64,000 nucleotides of DNA from Prevotella sp. (GTDB lineage Bacteria; Bacteroidota; Bacteroidia; Bacteroidales; Dysgonomonadaceae). The DNA is taken from positions 96,001-160,000 of the forward strand of contig JAITVV010000081.1 in assembly GCA_031285625.1 (NCBI GenBank), read 5' to 3'. Of this stretch, positions 39,913 to 48,831 are shown piece after piece (position 1 is the stretch's first letter; every line of letters starts with the position of its first letter). Below the pieces are notes generated by a model. That model saw only the letters and a list, made by a program, of their open reading frames with translations, had not been told where the DNA came from and made no database searches. The position numbers and the translations under genes are program-made.

Positions 39913-40536
39913 ATGAAAAAATTGATTTTAGTATTTGTTACGACATCTTTGGCTATAGGACTATTCAGTTCTTGTTCGGGATGTGTAAAAGAAGCTACGA
40001 AGAAAGTAACAGAAACAGGCCTGGAAGTGATAGAAGGTGCTGCTGAAGCAGTGGACGAACATGGTGCCCGTGTGGGAGAAAAAACAACCGATGCTGCCGG
40101 AAAAGTAGCAGAAGGTGTAGGTCGTAGCCTTGATAGACAATTGAATGAACATGCTACAAAGGTAGCTTCGGTAGGCGGACGTACACTGGTGCAAACTGTA
40201 GATGGCTTTGTTAACGGATTTAATGCTGAAGTAGAAACTCATTATGATGTACTTCCTCACACAGATAAATTCTGTTCGGGAGTTTCTCTTGATTATTTTG
40301 CAAAGTATAAGACCACTCCTGTTGTAGATGCTTATTTTATAATAATGGAAGAAGGGACGTATAAATGTAAATTTGAATGTACAAACAAAAGCGGCAAATT
40401 ATTCCTGACAAAAAATGCAGAAATAAAAAAAATTGCAGGAGAGCGTAAATATTCATTAGTGAGTTTTGCCCTCAATCCTGAAGAAGAAAAGGAATTTGCT
40501 GATATACAAAATATAAAAATTACTGTTACTAAATAA
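39913..40536 (+). CDS. hypothetical lipoprotein
   Basis: Lipobox FSSC followed by SGC; amphipathic Gly/Ala/Val-rich helical region and a C-terminal beta domain. Confidence 0.7.
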   Translation: MKKLILVFVTTSLAIGLFSSCSGCVKEATKKVTETGLEVIEGAAEAVDEHGARVGEKTTDAAGKVAEGVGRSLDRQLNEHATKVASVGGRTLVQTVDGFVNGFNAEVETHYDVLPHTDKFCSGVSLDYFAKYKTTPVVDAYFIIMEEGTYKCKFECTNKSGKLFLTKNAEIKKIAGERKYSLVSFALNPEEEKEFADIQNIKITVTK

Positions 40537-40558
40537 ATGTAATTTTTACTGAACTAAC

Positions 40559-40589
40559 AGAGGGCTATTCATACGAATAGCTCTTTTTT
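40559..40589 (+). terminator. intrinsic terminator
   Basis: AGAGGGCTATTC-ATAC-GAATAGCTCTTTTTT. Confidence 0.8.
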
Positions 40590-40664
40590 GTTGATTTCAT
40601 ACTGATTCCAAATATTTGATTTTTAGAAAGTTTATTTATCTTTATATAGTTAAATTTTAATGGT

Positions 40665-42104
40665 ATGAAAACACATATAATTTCTATTATAATACTCTCT
40701 TTCTTATTTTCTGTGGCGTATGCTCAAGATAAAGTAACTATTAATAAGATAGATAATGAGATACAGAATGGTAATTTTGAAACGTCAAAGAAGTTGATAG
40801 ATCTGTATATTGCACAGAATGATCTCTCATTAAAGGAGATTTATGACCTTAATGCCAGAAAAGATATATTAGACAGGATTGCTGTCGATTTTTCTAAAAG
40901 CAAATCTGCTGTTACAGAGTTTATCAAAAAATATTATCCGGATGTAAATGATAAAATGCTTTCCGACTGGGAGGCTGAGAAATCATTGGAATCTATGGTT
41001 ATTAATGGTGAAAAGAAATACCTTGGTAGGGCTGCACCTAATCTTTTCAGGATAAATAAAGATGCTATAAAACGCAAATTAGAAGTCGATGGAGACCAGA
41101 AAGATGAAGTTCAAAAAGTATTGGAAACACATCTTCTTTCTGTTGTAAATGAACTGAAAAAGAATGGAAAGGTACAGACATCCCCTGTAAAAATGAAGGT
41201 AAAATATATTATCACACTTAAACCTAATGTTGTGCCTGCAGGAGAGATGGTACGATGCTGGTTACCCTATCCCCGCGAAGACAATCGTCGGCAAACAGAT
41301 GTAAAGCTATTGTCAGTAAATGATAATAATTATATAATATCTCCAGCGGATTATGCTCAACGAACATTATATATGCAAAAAGTAGCGGAAAAAGATAAAC
41401 CATTGACTTTCTCTTTTGAGTTTTCTTATGCTTCTGCTGCCGAATGGTTCAACATTAAGCCAGAGGATATTAAACCATATAATATAAACACGGATTTATA
41501 TAAAGAGTATACATCAGAACGGGATACACATATCATCTTTACAGACAGAATAAAGGAACTTTCACAGAAAATTATAGGTAATGAATCAAACCCTTATCTG
41601 AAAGTAAAAAAAATATTTGATTATATTGCTGATAATTATCCCTGGGCGGGTGCACGTGAATATTCCACTATACCCAATATCTCTGAATATGTAATAGAAA
41701 ATGGTCATGGCGATTGCGGTCAGGTAGCTCTTTTGTTTATTACATTGGCACGCTATAATGGTATTCCTGCCAAATGGCAAAGCGGATTTATGATGCATCC
41801 TGATGCACTTAACCTTCATGATTGGGCTGAGGTCTATTTTGAAGGAATAGGGTGGGTACCTGTTGACCAATCGTTTGGCAGAAGGAAATTAAATATGGGT
41901 GATGATATCAAATACTTCTATGCAAATGGCATCGATGCATACCGTTGGATAGTAAATGATGATTATTCAAGACCTTTATTCCCTGAAAAAATATATACCC
42001 GGAGTGAAACTGTCGATTTTCAGAGGGGTGAGCTCGAATGGCGTGGAGGAAATATTTATTTCGATCAGTGGAATTGGGATTTTGATGTGGAATATTTAGA
42101 TTAG
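40665..42104 (+). CDS. secreted transglutaminase-like domain protein
   Basis: GDCGQ, HDWAEVY and WVPVD give a Cys-His-Asp triad; signal peptide. Confidence 0.9.
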   Translation: MKTHIISIIILSFLFSVAYAQDKVTINKIDNEIQNGNFETSKKLIDLYIAQNDLSLKEIYDLNARKDILDRIAVDFSKSKSAVTEFIKKYYPDVNDKMLSDWEAEKSLESMVINGEKKYLGRAAPNLFRINKDAIKRKLEVDGDQKDEVQKVLETHLLSVVNELKKNGKVQTSPVKMKVKYIITLKPNVVPAGEMVRCWLPYPREDNRRQTDVKLLSVNDNNYIISPADYAQRTLYMQKVAEKDKPLTFSFEFSYASAAEWFNIKPEDIKPYNINTDLYKEYTSERDTHIIFTDRIKELSQKIIGNESNPYLKVKKIFDYIADNYPWAGAREYSTIPNISEYVIENGHGDCGQVALLFITLARYNGIPAKWQSGFMMHPDALNLHDWAEVYFEGIGWVPVDQSFGRRKLNMGDDIKYFYANGIDAYRWIVNDDYSRPLFPEKIYTRSETVDFQRGELEWRGGNIYFDQWNWDFDVEYLD

Positions 42105-43297
42105 CCTTTCTCCTTCTTTGTATTTGGCAAAAAAGCAGCGACTAAGCCGATCAATGGCAAGTAAGCACATATATCATACACATGTTGTATACTGGTTTCG
42201 TCAGCTATCTTTCCTAGTACTGCAGAGGCTATACCTGCTATACCGAATGCCAGGCCAAAGAATAACCCACCTATCAGTCCTACTTTTCCGGGAACCAATT
42301 CCTGTGCATACACAAGTATGGCAGAGAAAGCAGAAGAGAGTATCAGTCCTATAAAGATACTTAGTACACATGTCCATACTAATCCTACATGCGGCATAAT
42401 AAGAGCGAAAGGAGCTGTACCTAGTATAGATGCCCATATAACATATTTTCGCCCGATACGGTCGCCGATAGGGCCTCCGATAATGGTACCAACAGCCACG
42501 GCAAATAAAAATGCGAATAAGAATAACTGGGCATCATGAACCGATAAAGCGAATTTGTCGATCAGGTAGAACATATAATAACTACTGAGGCTCGCCATAT
42601 ATACATATTTAGAAAATATGAGTATCAAAAGGATGATAATTGCAAAGGCCACTTTCTTTGTTGAGTAAATAGATTTCTTTTCTACTGAATTATCATTTTT
42701 AACCGCCGGTTTTAATCTATATAAATTGTTCTTATACCATTTGCTGATAATAAGCATAATACCTATACATATAAGTGCAATAAGTGATAACCAACCTATA
42801 TTTCGTTGTCCGTATGGGGTTATAATCCACAAGGCCAATAAAGGGCCTATCGATGATCCGAAATTTCCACCAACCTGAAAGATGGATTGTGCCAGTCCGG
42901 GTTTACCTCCGGATGCCATATAAGCTAAACGCGAAGCTTCAGGATGAAAAACAGAAGACCCTAACCCTGTGAGGAATACTGAAATCAATACATGTATAAA
43001 GCTTCCTGCGAAAGATAGGGAGAGGATACCAATCATAGTAAATGTCATTCCTATTGGTAGGGAATATGGTTGAGGTTTCCTGTCGGTAATAAGCCCTACT
43101 ATTGGTTGAAAGAGCGATGATGACAACTGGAAGACCAAAGTTATGAGCCCTATCTGCGTAAAGTTGAGCAATAATGAATCTTTGAGTAAAGGATATACTG
43201 CAGATATAATAGATTGCAGCATATCATTCAGCATATGGCATGCAGCCAGAAGTGATAATATAGCAAAAGCTGTTCCTGTTTGAGAAGTCGTTTTCAT
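42101..43297 (-). CDS. MFS transporter, Fsr (fosmidomycin resistance) family
   Basis: HMLNDMLQS, SSVFHPE, QSIFQVGGNFGSSIGPL, GDRIGRK. Confidence 0.9.
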   Translation of the reverse strand: MKTTSQTGTAFAILSLLAACHMLNDMLQSIISAVYPLLKDSLLLNFTQIGLITLVFQLSSSLFQPIVGLITDRKPQPYSLPIGMTFTMIGILSLSFAGSFIHVLISVFLTGLGSSVFHPEASRLAYMASGGKPGLAQSIFQVGGNFGSSIGPLLALWIITPYGQRNIGWLSLIALICIGIMLIISKWYKNNLYRLKPAVKNDNSVEKKSIYSTKKVAFAIIILLILIFSKYVYMASLSSYYMFYLIDKFALSVHDAQLFLFAFLFAVAVGTIIGGPIGDRIGRKYVIWASILGTAPFALIMPHVGLVWTCVLSIFIGLILSSAFSAILVYAQELVPGKVGLIGGLFFGLAFGIAGIASAVLGKIADETSIQHVYDICAYLPLIGLVAAFLPNTKKEKG

Positions 43298-43349
43298 TGT
43301 TTGACAAACACAGAATAAATATAAAAATCTGCAAAGTTACTCAAAAAGT

Positions 43350-45113
43350 CTATATTATACTTTCAATGAATGTGTTTAAATCTTCTTCCTTTCCTAAATC
43401 AAGTTTTTGCTTAAGTCTGTATTTTGTCATCCTTACGGTTTTTGATTCTACATGAAGAAGTTCGGCTATCTCTTTTGAAGACATTTTCATGAAGATGCAT
43501 ACACAATACTTGAGGTCTAAAGAAGTAAGTTTTTGTTTGGCTTTGTTTTGAAGTTTTGTATAGAAATCGGGATGTATTTCTTTCAGTTCAGTTCTGAAGC
43601 CTTCAAAGTTGTTATCTATATTGAGTTCCTTATTCAGTATCTTCTCTATTTTAGTTTTGTCTATTGATGAATTTTTTAGAATATTATCTAACAACTCATT
43701 TTTGTAGCTAAGCTGCATGTTACTGATAACTGCCTCTTGTTGTAAACGTTTCGCTTGGGTTTCTTTCAATTCGGCAAGTAACGAAGCTTCATGTTTTTCT
43801 TGTTTCAGAAGTATTTCTTTCTGTTTCAGATATTTTATACGATAGGTAAAGAACAATATCAGAAATATTAATCCCAATAATAAGAAAACAGCTATTCCCA
43901 TATACAGGTTATTTTGTGTCTGCTCGAATTTTAATTCCTGCTCTTTTTTCTCAAACTGGTATTTAGCATGTAATTGTTGCCCTGTTTTTATATTTCTTTC
44001 ATTGTAGTATTTCTGATAAAAGTCCAAAGATTTACTTAAATATTCGGTAGATTTTTTATACTCTTGTTGTTCCTCATATAATGATGCCAATTGATGGCTT
44101 AGCTCAAATTTAAACTTAAATAGTTTTTCTTGTTTCGATACTTCTGCTATAGCTTCTAAGTTTATCTGTTCTGCCAATGCATAATCATTCTTAACCGTTG
44201 CAGCTATATACAATAACTGATAATAATTCACAAGGAACTCTATATCGTGGTTTCGCTCTTTTACTATATTGGCTTCTTTCACATATTGATCAATCAAATC
44301 AATATTTACCTTATCCGGCTTTATTTCATTTTTTAATTGATAAGCATAAGATGCATTTGTCAGAGCATTCAAATAAGCAATATCCCTGATATATCCAGGC
44401 TTTTGTTTATATAAATCAATTGACTTATCAAAACAAAAAATGGCCGAGTCAAGCAATGCAATATTCTCTTTCTGTTTTGGATCCAATAAATATCGGACGC
44501 CACGAATTGACCACCCTAAACACAGAATATTAGGTCTTTGGCTTTTCTTAGCGGCTTCTAATGATAATTTGGTGTATAAATCCAGCTTTTCAATATCGGA
44601 TTGATGATAGCTGGATAAGATATAATAGTCCGAAGATTGAGTATCCCAGCTATGCTCTGTATTTTTCAATAATTCCAGCGATCGATAGATATCTGTTAGT
44701 CCGTCCTTATCTTCTAATTGTAGTTTTATTACTCCTATCCGATTATATCCTATTGCATTAGCTCTTATATCTGATGATTCTTTGATACAAGCTAAACAAC
44801 TATCTATTATAGAATAACTCCTCTCAGCATCTCCCTTTAGACAATATAGTAATCCAAGATTAGAATAGGCATAAACTCCGTAATGTTTTTCTTTTTGTTT
44901 AGTAGATAAGGAAACAGCTATTCTGCTGTATCTCATAGATGTAATAAAATCACCTTGGGTAAATCCGGATAATTGCGAATAAGCAATAATTTTATCTTTA
45001 TCCTTTATCGTAGGGTCATTAACTATTGTTTGAAGTGAATCGATAGACCTTTGTTGAGCTATACCCGATATATATATTGCAAGTAGTAATAAAAGTATTG
45101 TGTATTTTTTCAT
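43350..45113 (-). CDS. membrane-spanning TPR-like sensor with C-terminal LuxR-type HTH
   Basis: Signal peptide, helical periplasmic region, TM at ~aa 405-425, coiled coil, and LTSLDLKYC...SSKEIAELLHVESKTVRMTKYRLKQKL. Confidence 0.85.
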   Translation of the reverse strand: MKKYTILLLLLAIYISGIAQQRSIDSLQTIVNDPTIKDKDKIIAYSQLSGFTQGDFITSMRYSRIAVSLSTKQKEKHYGVYAYSNLGLLYCLKGDAERSYSIIDSCLACIKESSDIRANAIGYNRIGVIKLQLEDKDGLTDIYRSLELLKNTEHSWDTQSSDYYILSSYHQSDIEKLDLYTKLSLEAAKKSQRPNILCLGWSIRGVRYLLDPKQKENIALLDSAIFCFDKSIDLYKQKPGYIRDIAYLNALTNASYAYQLKNEIKPDKVNIDLIDQYVKEANIVKERNHDIEFLVNYYQLLYIAATVKNDYALAEQINLEAIAEVSKQEKLFKFKFELSHQLASLYEEQQEYKKSTEYLSKSLDFYQKYYNERNIKTGQQLHAKYQFEKKEQELKFEQTQNNLYMGIAVFLLLGLIFLILFFTYRIKYLKQKEILLKQEKHEASLLAELKETQAKRLQQEAVISNMQLSYKNELLDNILKNSSIDKTKIEKILNKELNIDNNFEGFRTELKEIHPDFYTKLQNKAKQKLTSLDLKYCVCIFMKMSSKEIAELLHVESKTVRMTKYRLKQKLDLGKEEDLNTFIESII

Positions 45114-45170
45114 CCTTTTTCAATTATTTATTTCTTAAACAGGTGTAGAGCGGACTAAAATAATGAAAAA

Positions 45171-45320
45171 GAGGCTGTCCCAAAAGTAATTTTCACTTTC
45201 TTTTTGTCATATTGAACGGAGTGAAACATCTCGTATCCGGAGGGTCGAGATTCTTCGTTACACTCAGAATGACAAAGAAAGTAACACTTTATTAGTGTAA
45301 TTACTTTTGGGACAAGTCTA
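45171..45320. mobile_element. MITE-like element with 16-bp terminal inverted repeats enclosing a REP-like doublet
   Basis: TGTCCCAAAAGTAATT (45176-45191) and AATTACTTTTGGGACA (45299-45314); inner TGTCAT...ATGACA doublet related to 59488-59562. Confidence 0.7.
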
Positions 45321-45350
45321 TCTCTGCTTCTTACCGACTTCAATAAGAAG

Positions 45351-45824
45351 TTATTCTAATATTTTGCTTAATTGGAAACTTTTGGTAGCTAAAACTGTTT
45401 CTTCTACTTCATAAATCACTTTTGTATCCTTATGAACCTTCACCTTAATTGTTGCAGGTTTATTATCTACATAACTTGAAACACTAATTCCTAAAATGAG
45501 TGAGCTACACGATTGGGAGAGTGTAAATGTGTTATTTGCAGTAAAAGTATAGTTATTGTCAGTAAGCGATGTTGTAGTCAGTACCTTACCTGAACCATCT
45601 TTTATATCTACACTGCTGGTTCCTTCCGTCGCAATACCAGTTATACTTGCTTGTTTAAAACAATTCTGATAATCTCCGCTAAATGCTATTTCCACTTTGT
45701 AGATACCACCTTTTGCAGGATCGGGTAAATTATCATCATCGTCATCGCTACTACAAGCACTAAATCCTACAGTTACAGCAAATACTATTATTGCTATGAA
45801 ATACTTACTAAATACTCTTTTCAT
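45351..45824 (-). CDS. surface lipoprotein (beta-rich)
   Basis: Lipobox FSAC followed by SSDDDDDN acidic export signal. Confidence 0.8.
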   Translation of the reverse strand: MKRVFSKYFIAIIVFAVTVGFSACSSDDDDDNLPDPAKGGIYKVEIAFSGDYQNCFKQASITGIATEGTSSVDIKDGSGKVLTTTSLTDNNYTFTANNTFTLSQSCSSLILGISVSSYVDNKPATIKVKVHKDTKVIYEVEETVLATKSFQLSKILE

Positions 45825-45911
45825 AAAATTTCAGTTTTTATAAAGTTTATAACATATTTGTTTACGCTGGCCAAAAGTAAGGCAGTAGTGTATGTCTGCA
45901 TAAAAAGAAGC

Positions 45912-45929
45912 GTCTACAAAATGTCTACA
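45912..45929 (-). promoter_or_regulatory. direct-repeat operator candidate
   Basis: GTCTACA-N4-GTCTACA (11-bp period) upstream of the minus-strand -7 element TACTTTTG (45872-45879). Confidence 0.5.
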
Positions 45930-46085
45930 TTTATTTATATATTTGATTATCAGTATCATATAATTTGTGTTTGTGTAATTATATCAATGAAAAACGATTA
46001 AAATTTGGAATTCATATATTGTTTAATGCTTTCAGTTGAGAGAAATATATCTAACTTTACACTCATTACTCAAAAAAATAGATAA

Positions 46086-47117
46086 ATGAAAAGGACAGAA
46101 ATAGCCAGTCTGGGTGAGTTTGGTTTAATTGACCATCTGACAAAAAATATAGAACTAAAAAACCCTGGTACTGAGAAAGGGGTGGGAGATGATGCCGCAG
46201 TTTTATCGTACGGAAATAAAAAGACGTTGGTAACTACCGACCTGTTACTGGAAGGTATCCACTTCGACCTGATGTATGTACCCCTGAAACATCTTGGATA
46301 TAAATCGGCTGTTGTAAATTTTTCGGATATCTATGCCATGAACGGGCAGCCCAAACAGATAACTATATCTTTAGGCATATCTAAACGTTTTTCTGTCGAA
46401 GACTTGGAAATGTTTTATGACGGACTTGCACTTGCCTGTCAGGAATATGGAGTAGACCTGGTAGGGGGAGATACTTCCGCTTCACTTACCGGATTGGCTA
46501 TCAGTATCACTTGTCTGGGTGAGGGTGAAGAGGGGAAAATAGCATACCGTAACGGAGCAAAAGAAACTGACCTTATCTGTGTATCGGGTGATTTGGGCGC
46601 TGCCTTTATGGGGCTTCAATTACTCGAACGCGAAAAAGCTGTATATGATGGAAAAGAAGATTTTCAACCTGATTTTACAGGAAAAGAATATCTTTTGGAA
46701 AGACAACTGAAACCCGAAGCGCGAAAGGATATTGTAAGATTCCTTGCCGAGGAAGGCATTGTTCCTACATCCATGATAGATATTTCTGACGGATTATCCT
46801 CCGAACTGAAGCATATCTGTAAGCAAAGTGGGGTAGGTTGTCATATATACGAAGAACGTATTCCTATCGATTACCAGACAGCCATGATGGCCGAACAGTT
46901 CAATTTGAATGTGACTACCGTAGCCATGAATGGGGGAGAGGATTACGAATTGCTGTTCACTGTTCCACTATATCTGCATGATAAAGTCTCCAAAATAAAA
47001 GGTGTACATGTAATAGGGCATATTACAAAAGAAGGCAACGGGTTGATGTTGGAGACCCGTGATGGAACAGAAATAGAGTTGAAGGCTCAGGGTTGGGATT
47101 CGATAGGAGAGGAATAA
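46086..47117 (+). CDS. thiL: thiamine-monophosphate kinase
   Basis: GEFGLI, GVGDDAA, NFSDIYAMNG, VGGDT, IDISDGL, GGEDYELLFT. Confidence 0.96.
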   Translation: MKRTEIASLGEFGLIDHLTKNIELKNPGTEKGVGDDAAVLSYGNKKTLVTTDLLLEGIHFDLMYVPLKHLGYKSAVVNFSDIYAMNGQPKQITISLGISKRFSVEDLEMFYDGLALACQEYGVDLVGGDTSASLTGLAISITCLGEGEEGKIAYRNGAKETDLICVSGDLGAAFMGLQLLEREKAVYDGKEDFQPDFTGKEYLLERQLKPEARKDIVRFLAEEGIVPTSMIDISDGLSSELKHICKQSGVGCHIYEERIPIDYQTAMMAEQFNLNVTTVAMNGGEDYELLFTVPLYLHDKVSKIKGVHVIGHITKEGNGLMLETRDGTEIELKAQGWDSIGEE

Positions 47118-47122
47118 GGATA

Positions 47123-47770
47123 ATGGAAACCACCTTGATTAATAGACTCTTTGATACCCTCGATAACTGGAGGCATCTGCCCGCATATCAATTGGAGCGG
47201 AGAGCCGATATTTTCTTTGCTATCTATTTACCAGAGATTATAAAGAAACGGTTTGGATCGGATATTGACTTTATCATTCCTGAATTTCCTGTAAGAATTG
47301 GGAATATTTATACAAATAAATTACTACCTAATCCTAACTTGTCTTTTAAGATTGATTACTTAGTTGTATGCAAGGCTGAAAACAAAGTATATTTCATAGA
47401 ACTAAAGACGGATGATTCTTCACGGCGAGATAAGCAAGATGAGTATTTAATAAAAGCAAAGGAAAATAATATTCATGATTTAATTAATGGAATTCTTGAT
47501 ATAAACAGAGCTACGAATGCTAAGAAGAAATATGGTAATTTATTGTCATTATTAGTGCAAATAGGATGGATAGATACAGTGAATATGATAAATACCTCTT
47601 CTGATTATGATATTACAATAGTATACATACAGCCTAACCGAAAAGCTGATTGTGCTGATGAGATTATAACATTCGCTGAGATTTGTACATATTTATCAGC
47701 TCACACAGATATATTAACACAAAGATTTTGTAAATCGCTAATTGACTGGACTATCAATCCTAATGAATAA
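47123..47770 (+). CDS. hypothetical protein with PD-(D/E)XK nuclease-like motif
   Basis: E(RRAD)...PEFP...IDYL...FIELKT pattern. Confidence 0.6.
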   Translation: METTLINRLFDTLDNWRHLPAYQLERRADIFFAIYLPEIIKKRFGSDIDFIIPEFPVRIGNIYTNKLLPNPNLSFKIDYLVVCKAENKVYFIELKTDDSSRRDKQDEYLIKAKENNIHDLINGILDINRATNAKKKYGNLLSLLVQIGWIDTVNMINTSSDYDITIVYIQPNRKADCADEIITFAEICTYLSAHTDILTQRFCKSLIDWTINPNE

Positions 47771-47835
47771 ATAATTATTTAATGCAGCTATTTTCATCTT
47801 CTATTCATCTTAATTATATGAACACTTAAACCATA

Positions 47836-48690
47836 ATGCTCATGAAAAAATCAGCTGTACGACTTTTATTTATATTGATATGTTTAGTTTTTGTCATATC
47901 ATGTAGTGATGATGATGATAATAATTTGCAATCTACAGGAGTAAACGGAAAACCTGGTAAAGTTATTATAAAATATACTGATCCCAATAGTAAAGATACA
48001 GATGTATTCTTTTATTATAAGGCTGACAAACTAACGAGGACAAAAGCAATAAAAGGCTCTGTTTTGGATTTCAACTATGAAAACAATGAATTGAAGTCTG
48101 TATATACTTCTCCCGAAGACAAGGAGGTAGCAGACGGACATGGTTCGACTAAATTCAGTAAAGAGAGTAATAAGATTATTATTGAGTCGTGGGGTGAACC
48201 GAGTTCTGATTTGTTTCGCTGGGAATTGGAATTGGATGAAAATAATATTCCTGTAAAAATCACAGAAATGGGAATGTATTCCCCTTCTGGTGCTAATGGA
48301 GAACTTTCGAAAGTCAGAGATGGAGAATATTATTCTGTATTCACTTATGACCAAACAACAAAAAATCTTGTAAAACAGATTGTTTATAATATAGGTACCT
48401 CGAATATTGCAGCTACTTATGAGTATGAGTACGATAATAATCCTGGAGCAATATCAAAAATATATTTACCTCTCTGGTATTATGCTTATAAAGCTTATAT
48501 GAATAGAGAATACAGAAATGTTTACAACAGGCTTTTCTTCAATTACACAAATAATATCCAAAAAGAAATAGTTGACACAGAAGAAGGTGAAAGTATTGTT
48601 AACTACAGTTATAAGTATAACAAAAATAATACTCCTGTATCTATGGGTAGTGATATATATGGATTGCCCGCTATATCGATCACATATTAA
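47836..48690 (+). CDS. lipoprotein, DUF4595-like beta-hairpin repeat
   Basis: Lipobox VISC-SDDDDN; repeated YxY-D/N hairpins; ends ISITY. Confidence 0.65.
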   Translation: MLMKKSAVRLLFILICLVFVISCSDDDDNNLQSTGVNGKPGKVIIKYTDPNSKDTDVFFYYKADKLTRTKAIKGSVLDFNYENNELKSVYTSPEDKEVADGHGSTKFSKESNKIIIESWGEPSSDLFRWELELDENNIPVKITEMGMYSPSGANGELSKVRDGEYYSVFTYDQTTKNLVKQIVYNIGTSNIAATYEYEYDNNPGAISKIYLPLWYYAYKAYMNREYRNVYNRLFFNYTNNIQKEIVDTEEGESIVNYSYKYNKNNTPVSMGSDIYGLPAISITY

Positions 48691-48721
48691 CAATGTAAGT
48701 TGATTAATAATATAATTTTAT

Positions 48722-48760
48722 AAGCCTCAGAATCTTTATTATAAATTCTGAGGCTTTTTT
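48722..48760 (+). terminator. intrinsic terminator
   Basis: AAGCCTCAGAAT...ATTCTGAGGCTTTTTT. Confidence 0.8.
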
Positions 48761-48831
48761 TATCAAATAGAAGCATATATATAACTATTTTGTATTTTTG
48801 TCTTTCAAAATACATTACAACATACCTAAAT

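Noticed and set aside
45155-45343. 62-aa ORF in the track
   Set aside because: Coincides with the palindromic MITE/REP element; most likely a spurious frame.
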